NCBI RefSeq assembly: GCF_006345805.1
Contig: NC_042997.1
Span: forward strand, 98,828,001-98,892,000
DNA: 64,000 nucleotides
Reading direction: 5' to 3'
Origin: Octopus sinensis
Taxonomy: Eukaryota
Under the pieces are notes generated by a model. The model was not told the origin of the DNA. It ran no database searches and worked only from the letters and a program-made list of their open reading frames with translations. Both the position numbers and the translations under genes were made by a program. This document shows positions 40,536-54,368 of this stretch, piece by piece; positions within the stretch are counted from its first letter, which is position 1, and every line of letters starts with the position of its first letter.

Positions 40536-40538
<3 letters not shown>
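39655..40538. repeat. Three (TA)n-spaced copies of hairpin-ended unit Z; the third is a full 249-bp palindrome
   Basis: Units start at 39655, 39971 and 40290; palindrome 40290-40538 centred at 40414. Confidence 0.9.
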
Positions 40539-40621
<83 letters not shown>

Positions 40622-40636
40622 GTATATATATATATA

Positions 40637-40708
<72 letters not shown>

Positions 40709-40744
40709 GTATTATAATATATATATTATATAATATATATATAT

Positions 40745-40831
<87 letters not shown>

Positions 40832-41307
40832 ACATATGCGAGCGACTACCACATAATTTCCGTTTACCAAATTCACTCACAAGGTGTTAGTGGGCCCGAA
40901 ACTAGTGTAGAAGGCACTTCCATAAGGTACAGCTCAGTAGGACTGAGCCCGAAAGCACATGACTGCAAAGCGAGCTTCTTAACTAACGAGCTGTGTAGGA
41001 AAAAAGTTTCACAGAATGCCACTGTGGCCAGCCACGTTTAGGTTAACCGTTTGAACATTGTTGTCAAAAATTTTCAAGAATGGATGTGTGTCCTAACCAA
41101 AATATTAGTTAGGAAAATATCATTCTGCAATTTTAGATATAAAGACTTAGAGAGAGAGATAACAAGCAATAGGGACTTAAACAGAAACAAATAAAATTCT
41201 TATGATGATAGGCGCCGAGGGAATGGATATTATATATGGACAAATACATGACGAAAGGTTAGGGATCTAAAAATATACGCTGCAAAAGAAAATAACGACG
41301 AAGGCGA

Positions 41308-41309
<2 letters not shown>

Positions 41310-41357
<48 letters not shown>

Positions 41358-41380
41358 ACGGTGGTGGTGGTGGTGGTGGT

Positions 41381-41418
<38 letters not shown>

Positions 41419-41552
41419 AGTAGTAGTAGTGACGGTGGTGGTGGTAGTGGTGGTGGTGTAGTAGTAGTAGTAGTAGTTAGTAGTAGTAGTAGAGTAGTAG
41501 TAGTATAGTAGTAGTAGTAGTAGTAGTAGTGACGGTGGTGGTGGTGGTGGTT

Positions 41553-41591
<39 letters not shown>

Positions 41592-42075
41592 TGGTAGTAG
41601 TAGTAGTGACGGTGGTTGGTGGTAGTGGTGGTGGTTGTAGTAGTAGTAGTAGTAGTAGTAGTAGGAGTAGTAGTAGTAGTGACGGTGGTGGTGTAGTAGT
41701 AGTAGTAGTAGTAGTAGTGATGGTGATGGTGGTGTAGTAGTAATAGTAGTAATAGTAGTAGTAGTGATGTTGGTGGTGGTGGTGTTGGTGATGTAGTAGT
41801 AGTAGTAGTAGTAGTTTCTTGTGCAAGCATTTTTTGTAAATTTGCTAAATACGAAACCACTTTGCATAGGCCTGCCATCCAAAGTGCGTAGTATTTCAAG
41901 TTCTAGATTGTGTTTGTTTGTTTCTTCTTCTTCTTCTTCTTCTTCTTCTTCTTCTTCTTCTTCTTCTTCTTCTTCTTCTCCTTCTTCTTCTTCTTCTTCT
42001 TCTTCTTCTTCTTCTTCTTCTTCTTCTTCTTCTTCTTCTTCTTCTTCTTCTTCTTCTTCTTCTTCTTCTTCTTCT
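41310..42075. repeat. (GTA)n/(GTG)n mosaic and (TTC)n microsatellites
   Basis: Directly visible. Confidence 0.95.
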
Positions 42076-42802
42076 AGTTGTTGAATGTGGAGGAACGAGC
42101 GGGCAGTGTCCATGATTCTTACAGATCCTTCCTCAACCAGTGACATTGCTGCTATAAATTTTTCCTCTTGAACCTTTTGTAAGTAACCACCAGTGCGAAA
42201 TGTATGAGTAGGATAGGAAATCTAAAGGGCCGATAATATGGGGAGGAAGAACTATAATTTGTGATGAGAAAGATGAGTGAACGAGAGAGACAAATCCAAG
42301 GAGTAGAGACCATTAAATTATCGGTAGAAAAGGGAGACAGAGGATACAGGATGTCTGCGAGTAACTTCATTCCAGTTTAACAGGCAACGCTTTAATAGAA
42401 GCGACTTAGAATGATTTTGTGGACAGTAGAAAACAACAATGTTCTGGCTGTGAAAGCAATTTTAGCCCTCATTCTAGTATTTATCTAAAACGTTTTTATT
42501 TTGACAAGAAGTTTCAAATATATTTCAATCGTACTGATACGCATATATACCTTACCGAGTGGGTTTGTAAATGAATACAATTGTATATTTCACACAACTG
42601 CAGGCGTGGCTGTATGGTAAGAAGCTTGCTTATCAACCACATAATTCGGGATTCAGTTCCGCTTTTAGCACCTTGGGCAAGGGTTTTCTACTATAGCCTC
42701 GATCTTGAGCAAAATTTATGAGTGAATTTGGTAGGCGGGAACTGGAATATATATGTATAGATGTGTGTGTGTGTGTTTGTGTCTGTGTTTGTACGCCACA
42801 CC

Positions 42803-42900
42803 TATTTCTTTACTACTCACAAGGGGCTAAACACAGAGGGGACAAACAAGGACAAATGGATTAAGTCGATTACATCGACCCCAGTGCGTAACTGGTACTT
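42803..42900 (-). mobile_element. SINE-C 3' half (3' part of the chimera)
   Basis: Matches the 3' half of SINE-C at 54369-54599. Confidence 0.85.
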
Positions 42901-42960
42901 ACACTTGCATGGCTTAAGCTTTGAGACAAGCATATGACTACTGGCAGGATCAACCAGGTA
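42895..42960 (-). rRNA. 66-nt fragment starting at the mature 5' end of 18S rRNA (retroposed, not a functional rRNA gene)
   Basis: Minus strand reads TACCTGGTTGATCCTGCCAGTAGTCATATGCTTGTCTCAAAGCTTAAGCCATGCAAGTGTAAGTAC, the conserved eukaryotic SSU rRNA start. Confidence 0.97.
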
Positions 42961-43149
42961 CGCCACACCGCTTGATAACATGTGCTGGTGTGTTCACGTC
43001 CCCGTAACATAGCGGTTTGGCAAAAGAGAATTCTCCTACGCGATGCCCCAGTATGGCTGCAATCTAATGGCTGAAACAAGTGATAGATAAAAGAGTGTGA
43101 GAGAGAGAGAGAGAGAGGCGAAAACCAATCAGTAGCAATAAATCGAAAA

Positions 43150-43488
43150 GAAGACCCCCTCCGGTCATGAATGACCATGGGATTGCACCTAGAAGGTTAC
43201 CCCCCGAGGCACAAGTCAGGGCAATGTTGTTTATGGAAGGCCAGCAGTTGCCCATGCATACCAGCCTCTCCTCTCCACACCATTGATGTTATCCAAGGGA
43301 AAGGCAAAAGCCGATGTAGCTTGGCACCAGTGATGTCGGAACTCATTTCTAAAGCTGGAGTTAACTGGAACAACGTGAAATAAAGTGTCTTGCTCAAGAA
43401 CACAACACGCAGTCTGGTCCAGGAATCGAACTCACAATCTCACGATCGTAAGCTCGACGCTCTGACACTGAGCTATAAGCCTTCACTA
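43150..43488 (-). mobile_element. tRNA-derived SINE related to SINE-B but with a different 3' tail
   Basis: Minus strand gtgagttcgattcc box B and tgtgttcttgagcaagacactttatttcacgttg core. Confidence 0.75.
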
Positions 43489-43619
43489 TAGTAGTAATAA
43501 ATAAGCTTACTGATTCCACAATTATTTTTCCTACGTTCTATCAATTCTGTCGTATGAAACCATAACACTGCATTTAGTAATTGGCATGGATCAATCATTT
43601 ACATTTTATAGTTATTTCA

Positions 43620-43797
43620 AGGCGTAGGAGTCGCTGTGTGGTCAGTAGCTTGCTTACCAACCACATGGTTCCGGTTTCAGTCCCACTGCGTGGCACCTTG
43701 GGCAAGTGTCTTCTACTATAGCCTCGGGCCGACCAAAGCCTTGTGAGTGGATTTCGTAGACGGAAACTGAAAGAAGCCCGTCGAATATATATATATC

Positions 43798-43835
<38 letters not shown>

Positions 43836-44310
43836 ATAGGTAAACATTAAAAATAATTACAGACATGGACAAGAACATGAAACACCACAAGACGACACAA
43901 GAACCACACAGGACGGGACATTCGAAGCCCTCAGTCATCAGTCAAGAACCAGATCATCTTAGCAATTTCGGCTGATTAATCTTGAGATTGCTCCGATATG
44001 GGCAGCCCGCCAAGGGAAAATCTATCAAGCCAAGCGCATTAGATCCCCTGATATATATATATATATGTATGTATTTATGTGTGTGTATATATTTGTGTGT
44101 CTGTGTTTGTCCCCACAACATCGTTTGACAACCGATGGTGGTGTGTTTACATCCCCGTAACTTAGCGGTTCGGCAAAAGAGGCCGATAGAATAAGTACTA
44201 GGCTTCCAAAGAATAAGTCCTGGGGTCGATTTGCTCGATTTGCTCGACTAAAGGTGGTGCTCCAGCATGACCGCAGTCAAATGACTGAAACAAGTAAAAG
44301 AGAAAAGAGA
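43620..44310 (+). mobile_element. SINE-A with a roughly 210-bp unrelated insert in its TA tract
   Basis: 5' half 43620-43785, insert about 43839-44048, 3' half about 44085-44310. Confidence 0.8.
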
Positions 44311-44764
44311 AAGAGAAAGCATAAAACAGCACGTTGTTGGTTTTTCAGTTTGTCACAGAGTTGTGTCCCTTGATATCATTTCCCATCTTTATTTTCTTCA
44401 ATGGTAATTAACTATGATTATAGGTTTAAATATGGAACTGATAGCATGTTTTTTTTGCTTTTGTTTTTTTGTTCTTGTTGTTAAACCCTAGTCTAGTATA
44501 GTTGAGTAGACCAAACATAAAAAGCGAACGAACTGTGACCATCCTGGGGTTCTGTACGTAACTATGACTGCTTTATTTAATGCATCCTTTCCTGTCGTTA
44601 AAGATGCTAGTATGTGATCTGAGGGATTTTAGGCTGCAAATTATTACAGAGTGTGCGACAACGTTGACCCCCTATCGTTCAACCATGTATGTGTATGTAT
44701 ACGTCATGAGGTAAAAGCATATAACATATTTTGTGTGTCTTTACCTAAATAGATATATACATAG

Positions 44765-45155
44765 ACGCAGGAGTGGCAGTGTGGTAAGTAGCTTGCTTAC
44801 CTACCACATGGTTCCGGGTTCAGTCCCACTGCGTCGCACCTAGGGCAAGTGTCTTCTACTATAGCCTCGGGCCGACTAAAACCTTGTGATTGGATTTGGG
44901 AGACGGAAACTCAAAGAAGCCCGTCGTATATATGTATGTGTGTGTGTGTGTGTGTCTGTGTGTCTGTGTGTTCCCACAACATTGCTTGACAATCGATGCT
45001 GATGTGTTTATGTCCCCGTAACTGAGCGGTTCGGCAAAAGAGACCGAAAGAATAAGTACTAGGCTTACAAAGAATAAGTGCTGGGTTCGATTTGCTCGAC
45101 TAAAAGCGGTAGTCCAGTATGGCCACAGTTAAATGACTGAAGCAAGTAAAAGAGT
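44765..45155 (+). mobile_element. Full-length SINE-A
   Basis: Head, TA/TG spacer and 3' tail are collinear with 2340-3070. Confidence 0.85.
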
Positions 45156-45210
45156 AATCGAAGCATGCATACATACATACACGTGCGCGCACACACACAC
45201 ACGTGTATGT

Positions 45211-45278
<68 letters not shown>

Positions 45279-46519
45279 CATACATACACATACATACATA
45301 CATACATACATACATACATACATACATACATACATACATACATACATACAGTATATTGCTGGCACTCTGTTGATTACGACGATGAGCGTCCCACATGATC
45401 AGATCAACAGAACACCCTGCTCATGAAATTAAGGTGCAAATGTCTGAGTATTCCACAGACACGCATACTCTTTAACATAGCTTTCAAGGAGATTCAGCGT
45501 GACACAGAATGTGACAAGCCTGGCCCTTTGAAATACGGGTATGTATGTATGTATATATGTATGTATGTAGAAGTATATGCAGAAGTATGTATGTTAGAAA
45601 CTATAGTAGAAGACACCTGCGCATGATGCAACGCGGTGGAACTCAACCTCGGAACCATGTGATTGAGAAGCAAGCTTTTTAACTCACATCTGCGCCGATA
45701 TTATCATTTTATCTTATAGTAATTCTGCTTGTCATTGCGTTACTTAGCCTGTCAGTAACGCCTTCACGAGATTAGGGAAAAAGAGGGAGAAAGAAAAGAG
45801 GGAGAAAGAAAAGAGGAAGAGAGAAAGGAGGGAGGATGAAAAGAGGGAGGGAGAAGTGTCGTGACGTGAGGTAGAGGGGATGTAATTGTAACACTTTCAC
45901 GTGATTTGTTCAAGGGAAAGAGAGTAGAAAGAAAAAGGTGAGAGAAAAAGAGTGGATAAGGCGAAGAATGAAACAGAAAGTGGGACGCTTAAGAGAAAAG
46001 CAAAAGAAGTATAAGACAAAGAATTATGATCTAAAAACGAGGGTGCTGCTATTGATGATGATGATGATAAGGATGATGGTGGTGGTGTTGGTGGTGGTGG
46101 TGGTGGTGGTGGTGGTGGTGACAGGATAGTGAAAAGTATATATTTTGTATTAAATTAAGTTTTTTTATATCACTTATCACGTAACGCATGCTTATTTATG
46201 TGACAGATATATGCAATTTAACTAAATGTTCTATCATATGTACGGGATTTTTTTTTTTTTGTTAATGGAAGAAATGGAAAAATAAGTGTGAGTGTTTATT
46301 TTATGAGTGCTGTGTATTAAATTTATAAAATTATGCATAAAGCATATAAAGCGTATATATAAAGTGCAATAAGTAATCATCGTATTCCACTTTCTTTCAC
46401 TTTTCGATGAGTAGCGGATGAGGTACTAACTGTCCATACAGACACAACATAGGCTACCCTTTCAGGTTTTTTGGATAAAGATTTCAGATATAACGGAAAA
46501 GGTTTACCATTAATTCATA

Positions 46520-47000
46520 TGGCGCGCGCGTGTTGTGTGTGTGTGAGCGTGTGCATACATGTGTGTTGTGTATGCAATCATGTGTGTGTATAACACTTTG
46601 TGTATGTGAGAGTGAGCGTATGCCAGTGTGTGTTTGTATGTGTGTGTGTGCGTGTGTGTGCACATGTGTGTGTATGAACGTACGTCTGTGCAAGTGTGTA
46701 TGTGTGCGTGTGCACGTGTGTGTGTGTTTGCACGTGTGTGTGTGCTTGCACGTGTGTGTGTGTGCACGTGTGTGTGTGTGCACGTGTGTGCATGCACGTG
46801 TGTGCATGCACGTGTGTGTGTGTGCATGTGTGTGTGTGTACACGTGTGTGTGCACGTGTGTGTATGTGTACGTTTGTGTGTGTCTGTGTGTGAACCTGTG
46901 TGTGTGCGCGCGGACGTCCGTGCGTGTTTGTGCGTATATGTGTGCACATGTGTGCGTGTCTGAATTGTGTATATATGTGTGCATTATGCGCGTATGAATT
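46520..47000. repeat. Complex (GT)n/tgcacgtg alternating purine-pyrimidine tract
   Basis: Directly visible. Confidence 0.9.
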
Positions 47001-47879
47001 TTGTCAGTGTGCTAAACAGAGACGTACAAAACAGGATATAGAAGTAAGAATCTATGTCGTGTAAGGGAGATAACTGTAAAATATAAACTAGAGACCTTAG
47101 GGTACGATGCAATTTGTACTGGCCTGCAAAGGGTTCAAAACAAATAGATGGCTTGTTGTGAAAAGAAAAGAAACTCCACTGTTCCGAGAAATAGTGTCTG
47201 CGAAAGAATGGGATTTATAGTTAGAAGAAGCATTAAGCACGACTGAAAATTAGGCGAACAAGTTAGTTTCGAATCACCGCATTTCAGCTGTGCATCTATG
47301 AAACGTTAGATTTTATTTCTCATTTCTCAATTATGAGGCATTTCTTATCAAAGCATATCCCTTCGTTCATTTAGTCACAATAACGAAATGTTTCATTCAA
47401 ACTCTATCCCCTACTTTAGACTCTCTTACTGTTTGCCAACGTGGGAGATCAATAAATCTCTTAATATACCTATACAACAATAATTGATCACTTGGCGAAT
47501 GAAGGATGAATGAATGTAATATCGTGAAATAGCTGGTGTTAACCCATTTGTAAAGTATATACATATATTATTCATAATCGTACTGTTCTTCTTTATATAT
47601 ATTACAACATCATGAAAACAATTACCGTACTACAAGGCTGTTCTCCATAGGCGCTAAGTAACAGATGAACAACAGTGTTTATAGAAATATTGACATTAAC
47701 GGCAAGTTAATAAAAACAATTATGTATGTATGTATGTATGTAGTATGTATGTATGTATGCTTGTATGCATGTATTATATGTATGTATACATATATATATA
47801 AATATATATGTATATATATATATATATATATATACATATATATACATATATATGCATAAACGTATATATATAGACACAC

Positions 47880-47914
<35 letters not shown>

Positions 47915-47917
47915 CAC

Positions 47918-47964
<47 letters not shown>

Positions 47965-48110
47965 AAATAGGGTTTCAGATAAAATTTGTGTGTGTGTGTT
48001 TGTGTTTTACAAATTTTCAGTATAGCATTGATCGGATTCGAAGTGAGCGAAATCTGTCTGCTTAGTTCCTCTCTGGAGTATGTATGTATGTATGTATGTA
48101 TGTATGTATG

Positions 48111-48142
<32 letters not shown>

Positions 48143-48152
48143 TGTATGTATG

Positions 48153-48184
<32 letters not shown>

Positions 48185-48316
48185 TGTATGTATGTATGCA
48201 TGGATGCATGTTTGTATGTATGTATGCATGGATGTATGTATACTTGTGCGTTTGTGTGCATATATGTATGCATGAACGTAAAGCAAGTAGAATTCGTGGA
48301 AGATATTTGCACTTAC

Positions 48317-48465
48317 CTTGTTGTTTTGTATGAACGGTTTAAACAAATCACATTCTTTATACTTCATGCAACTCTCGGTTAGGGCCCAATCGAAATACTT
48401 CTCAAGTTTAGCTGCTTGGTTAGGATCGTTCTTTAGACCAATGGATAGATTACGGGAATGTGCCT
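48317..48465 (-). CDS. GH114 gene, coding exon 3
   Basis: Acceptor tttcttacatttcag, donor gtaagt; 149 nt = AG + AHSRNLSIGLKNDPNQAAKLEKYFDWALTESCMKYKECDLFKPFIQNNK; first AG completes GAG (Glu) with exon 2. Confidence 0.95.
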
Positions 48466-48627
48466 CTGAAATGTAAGAAAGGAATTATATGCATAGGCTA
48501 CATAACATTGGAATATTGTAATTATAATAAATCATTCTATGTTAACTCTTTCAATTCAATGAACATGAAGACACGCAGCGCGCGTGCGTGTGTGTGTGCG
48601 TGTGTGTATGTGTGTGTGTGCGCGCGT

Positions 48628-48677
<50 letters not shown>

Positions 48678-49104
48678 ATAGGTGGATGTTGCTTAATCAT
48701 TGAGCTACGAGGTATGTTTGTAAATAATTACGTTGTAAAGAGAGACAACGTAATTATTGATTTCATCACGGTGACAAGAACTTGACGTGAATAGAAGTTA
48801 CTTCCCTTTATATTGCTAAGCGTGATTTATTACAACTTTCTTACTGCTTTTATGGAGTAAAATTTTTAGTGAAATTATTCCTTGTTACGCAGTTTATTTT
48901 GAAGTGTCTTACAATACAAGTTTATCAATATGTCCCATGCAGTTTGGTTAATATGTAGAGTAGATTCAGCTTATTTTAAATTAAAATTCACAGAACTATC
49001 AGAATATATAAAAACATAAAACTCTACACTGGCAAAAAGAACAGCCTTCAAATACTTCTGAACAATAAGGGAGGCAACTCTTTACACACTCTTCATACGT
49101 GCGC

Positions 49105-49660
49105 GTGTAAGGGAGCTGTCAGAACCCTTAGCTTGCCGGACAAAAAACTTAGCGGCATCTCGTCCGTCTTTATGTTCTGAGTTCAAATTCTGTCGCCGTT
49201 GAGTTTGCCTTTCCTCCTTTCTGGATCGTTAAGTACTGATCTCAATGTAATCGACTTCTTCCTCCCCTCAAAATCTGCTAACCCTGTGCTAAAATGTCAA
49301 ACCATTATTAATTTTCCGAGAATGCGGTGAACCAACAGAATTGTTAGTACGCAGGAGAAAATGCTTAGATGCATTTCTGAGTTCAAATTCTGCCGAGGTC
49401 TTCTTTGCCCTTCATCCTTTCCGGGTCGATAAAATAAGTACCAGTTGAGCATTGTGGTCAATGTAATCTACTTGGCCCTTCCCAACAAAGTTTCAGGCCT
49501 TGTGCTTTAGCAGAAAAAGTTAGTAATTTTCTGAAAAGCGGCGGGCTGACACGATCTGAGGCACATCGTAAAAAACGCTTAACGACATTTATTCTCTCTT
49601 TTTATGTTTTTAATTCAAATTCCGCCGGGACTAAATTTGCCTTTCATCGATAAAAATAAG
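49105..49660 (+). mobile_element. Three adjacent degenerate SINE-C copies
   Basis: Repeated gagttcaaattc..gcctttc..tcgat..aagtac motif. Confidence 0.7.
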
Positions 49661-52600
49661 TACGGAAAATATTAATATATATTTGTCAAAAAGTTTGAAT
49701 AACATTAATGAGAGACCTTTCTCACATAATTTTTTATATAAGCTGATTTTAGTTATTTGAAGAGGCCGAGCCATCCGTGCTTACGTCAAAATAATGCGGA
49801 AGGTTCATAGCACCATTCTAGTAAATTAGTTTGTTTTATTTTTCACAAGACTACGGTGTAGCTATCAGCCTTGTGAATATCAATCAACTATTCGAAGTTT
49901 TCTACTAGTGATCTGGTTGACGGGAAAAACTTTTTACTTTCCGAGGAGTATGCATGCACATTCGAAGATTTTTTCTATTAGATAACGAGATATTTAGAGT
50001 CGTTAGAATGCAAGGCAAGTGTAAAATGAAAAAAAAAAAAAAAAAATGAAATGTGGGGCCTCCTCGCATATAAAGAGTGTATGAAGAGTAACTTCCCTTG
50101 TGGTACAAAAGTGTTTCAATAACCACAAGAATTTCATCCTCTCGAAATTAAAGCTCACGTTCAATTTTAAGCGTTACAAATAAATATCTGAATCCAAGCA
50201 AAATATAAAATGTATATTAAATGAATTAGTTTAAGTAGAATATTTTATTTACTATATTTATAATAATTAAATGTTATTTAACTTTGTATATACCATGTAT
50301 ATTTTAGAAGAAAATAAACGATCGCCTTTCATACATTTTCGAAGGGATTTAAGGAAAAGAGTCATAATGAAATCGCTTCACCTGTGAATTTAAACAGCAT
50401 CATTTGTAATCAAAACTGAATTTAGCATTTCTACCACATTCAGATTCATAGTGAGAAAAAAATCATTTGTTTTACCTGGACAGATTCGTAATGAAATCAC
50501 CTAAAGTTGAAGGTGCCTGCTCGTAGACGGAATTTTGTTTTCAGTTATATAAGCACCCGCGTTCGAAGACTTGAAATAAGTTCACTTAGATAACGATGCA
50601 TTTATTGTTTAGAATATAACATATGTTCTTGTCGTTTACAACAGTGAAATGTACAGAAACTCAATTAGTACACAGCCTTGGTAAACACTAGCATGAATGA
50701 TACAGTCGTTATAATATAGGATAAACTGCCTTACGATATTTGAGTTCTGTTTCATGAATGTAGATTTAACCCGAATCCCGGTTTAACATTATTTGTGCCT
50801 TTAACAGAGTTTGCTTTGTTACAAGCATTCGCGCCAGCCCCTTTCCCCGACTTCCCGACTTGAAGCTCTCTTCCTTCCTTCCTTCCTTCCTTCTTTCCTT
50901 CCTTCCTTCCTTCCTTCCTTCCTTCCTTCCTTCCTTTCTACCTACCTACCTACCTACTACCTACCTACCTACCTACCTATATGCCTGCCTACCTACCAAC
51001 ATTTCGGCGTTCATGAAAAACTAAAATATCATGGACGTTGATCTTCTTTACCTGACTAAACAGTTGTAGATCCTAACATTATTTAACATTTGTGCTGCTT
51101 AGCCCCAAATCAGTGATCATTCATCAGATCAATGATGAAAATCATTCCAGCCTCGGCCATTCCATCGGTTTATGTGTATAGGCCAACCTTATGTAACACG
51201 AGCCTTTCTTTTCTTTAAGAATGTACTATATGATTTGAGAGAGATTTGGTAAGTAATTCTAAATGGTCGAACGACCAGAGAGAGAAGTGAATGGGAGGTT
51301 AGGGATATAAATAAAGTTAGATGTAAAAAATAAACGAAACTCAAACTCTAAGGGGTCATTCGAGCTGTGAGACAAAGTAAAATAATCTCCCTCAAAATCA
51401 CACCTCTATCATATTGATTTTTTTAAACAAGGCAGGGCATGTTTGCCAAGTTGTTTTAGATATTCATGAACGGAAAACTTTCCATCTCAGATTTGCTAGA
51501 TTAGTGTTGATACAACTCTAGAAATCAATAACGACAATTTTAACAATGTCGCCAGCACTGTAGGTTTCTTGCATTTACACAAAGAATGAGGCACTAATCC
51601 CAATATATTGATATTCTTTATCGACTCCACAGCGATTAAATGCCAGCAACGCGCAAATTTTGAAGTCAGAACGTGGAGGTGCGAAACCAAATGCTCTATG
51701 ACTGTACTGTTTCTGCCACCATAGAACCATTATTAATTTTAAAATGAATTGCTTTAAACTACAAAACGAAATGTTATCTAGAGAAGGTAAGTAGGTTGTT
51801 GTAATATTTTCTAGGGTTATAAGTGGCGTGAATTATTTGGACACGCTTCAGTCGTAGCTCAAAATTATACTACAATCTCAGTTTCAGAGAATATACCTCT
51901 TGCTCTGTGGCATTAGCTTCTATTGCGTTACATTTTGAATAGATATAATTATGCAAGGAATTATTTACAGAACCAGTCGGAAAGTTGCGTAAATAACCTC
52001 ACGCAAATCTACGAATGCAGCACGAAATTTGGAATAACTAATACATCTATTATATTGAAAAAAAAAATTTCCAAATCAAGAGATATGTTACTTGAAGAAG
52101 TTTCCATAATATACTACAAATTTAAAGCATAAAATATATTAAATCAAAAATATTCGTCCAGAACATAAATCAATAACTTTTTACGTTCTCTGTTAGTTTT
52201 AGAATATGTAGACTTATCACAACGAAAGATAATTATTTCTATTATTCCTACGTATTTATCGCTAGCATAAAGATATCTATAGCATTTATATAAGGTATTA
52301 ACGGTTTCGTTTGTATATCAAGAAGGACATATATTAATTACTTCACAAGCTATGGTGTGGTTTTGAAGAATGACATATCGGCTAGGCGTAATCTACTAGT
52401 CAAAATTTATGAACCATAAGAAAATAGATTATATGCAGCATATTAGAAGCATGGCCCATTCCTATGAACATTTATTCATATTCCCAGCAACAGCATTATT
52501 TTTACTATCTGATTTAGATAACATATGCTCTCCACCATCCACTCAATAACTTCTTGCTCTTTACTTAATACTAACGGAATTATCGAATACACAAGATATC

Positions 52601-53005
52601 TCCAGTTAATAATGTAGGTGGGCGATGGCTTGACGTAAATGATAGTGAACAGTGCAACATCCTTTGAGGTATTTAATTATGTCCGCTGTCGACTTTGCAT
52701 TTATCCTCCCAATGTCAATAAAATTGATACCAAACATGTGCTTGGAAGATTCAGTCGGTTATATGCATATTCCCTATAATATCTGGAATTGTGCCAATAT
52801 CAAAAGTATACATTAAATAAAATACATATTTTAAAGCAACATCGTTCAGTGGGTGAAAACGATTTTATTACTGAATATCATAGAATTTCCAGTCATTCAT
52901 TAATACTGTGGTATTGCAATAACTTGATATAATCATTGAGATTATTATTATCACAATTATTACGAGCCTAGAAAATCACACACACATACACATTCTCTCT
53001 CTCTT

Positions 53006-53055
<50 letters not shown>

Positions 53056-53768
53056 ATACGTATATATGAACTTCCATGAAGCTAATAACATATATAAACT
53101 TTCATGACACAAATAGCATCACCTTTGTGCAGATCATTCTTATATCAAGTCCTCTCTATAGCAAAATTTATGCAAATTACTGAAAGCGAAAGACATATAT
53201 ATCATTTGCGTAGTTCTGAAGCTGTTAACAATAATTAGCTATACTCGCAATAAAACCTATAATACTATTTGGTGATGTTTACCAGGGTATATTAAATATT
53301 TTATGGTTTAATCTCGTACAGTCGAAAATCACCATCTTATAGGGCAGCTGTAATTCTACGTAGAATAAACCCATGTAACGAAGAAATATAGTACTTGATA
53401 TAGTTCAAGAATATAAAGCGTATTTCGAAAAGGCAACCATTCAAACATAAATATAAACAAAAATATATTCCTCAACAAAGTTAAACAGTATACTTCAAAG
53501 ATTACCATATCTATACTTATCACATATTTGTAGTTATATATCGTTCCAAAACAAAGCCTTTACGTAGTCTCTTGAAATTGCTAGAAATTGCTGACTGTTT
53601 TTCCTAAAATCACTCCCTAAGTCTTAAATAAAATGGAAATATATTACATAACGAGGTTCTATATAAATCCATAGAGACAAGAGAGACACATCTTGAATGT
53701 CTTTGGTCATAGTTTTGTTTCATCAAGTCAATCAGCGATAAAAGACCGTATCATATATTAATACTTAC

Positions 53769-54064
53769 CAACAGAAAGCCAAATGTTGTACTGGAGCTGG
53801 TCATTAGCGGTTAATCCAAAACCGTTGTCATTTTCATATGCATCAATGTTATCTGGTTCAATACCATCACAACCACGTCGTCTAGCTAATTCGATTCTCT
53901 GCGAAATAATCCGTTTTACATCTGGACTACGAATATCTAGCCATCTCTCACCTGGCCATTTAGAGAGAGGTTTACCTAGGGTACTGTTTGGGAAACTGTG
54001 AGCATCTGGGCGCCAATTTTCCCAAGTTCCAACTGATATGTAGCAGACTACTAGAATGTGTGAC
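53769..54064 (-). CDS. GH114 gene, coding exon 2
   Basis: Acceptor gatttttttcag, donor gtaagt; encodes VVCYISVGTWENWRPDA..WPGERWLDIRS..GCDGIEPDNIDAYENDNGFGLTANDQLQYNIWLSV, the GH114 core. Confidence 0.97.
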
Positions 54065-54119
54065 CTGAAAAAAATCATCACAATGTTACCAAAAAGTCAG
54101 TTGTAATATATATATATAC

Positions 54120-54335
54120 TGGTTTTAAGTTTTGGCACAAGGCCAGTAATGTCGGAGAGAATGTAAGTCGATTACATCGACCCTAGTACTTAACTAGTAC
54201 TTACTTTAACTACCTAGAAAGGGATGAAAGGTAGAGTCGACCTCAGTGGAATTTGAACTCCGAACAGTAAGACTGACGAAATAATTTTTTTTTTTATGGC
54301 CCGGCGTGCTGACGATTCTGCCAGCTTGTCGCGTT
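54120..54335 (-). mobile_element. SINE-C copy
   Basis: Reverse complement similar to 54369-54530. Confidence 0.8.
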
Positions 54336-54368
54336 AAAATTATAACAATATATATTAAAATCTTATAG

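Larger units (their letters stand above)
42598..43095 (+). mobile_element. SINE-A interrupted by the 18S/SINE-C chimera
   Basis: 5' half ends at ..tgtttgtacgccacacc and 3' half resumes at cgccacaccgcttgataac. Confidence 0.8.

Noticed and set aside
39655-40538. CRISPR-like array (repeats with spacers)
   Set aside because: Repeats are about 160 bp, spacers are (TA)n, there are no cas genes and the context is eukaryotic.
42895-42960. A functional rDNA unit
   Set aside because: Only 66 nt match 18S and both flanks are SINE sequence.
53130-53141. KNDL-like codons on the minus strand as GH114 exon 3
   Set aside because: In-frame stop just upstream and no flanking homology; the true exon is at 48317-48465.
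53758-54081. GH114 sequence as bacterial or fungal contamination
   Set aside because: The CDS is split by three long spliceosomal introns filled with host SINEs and LINEs, with consistent phases.
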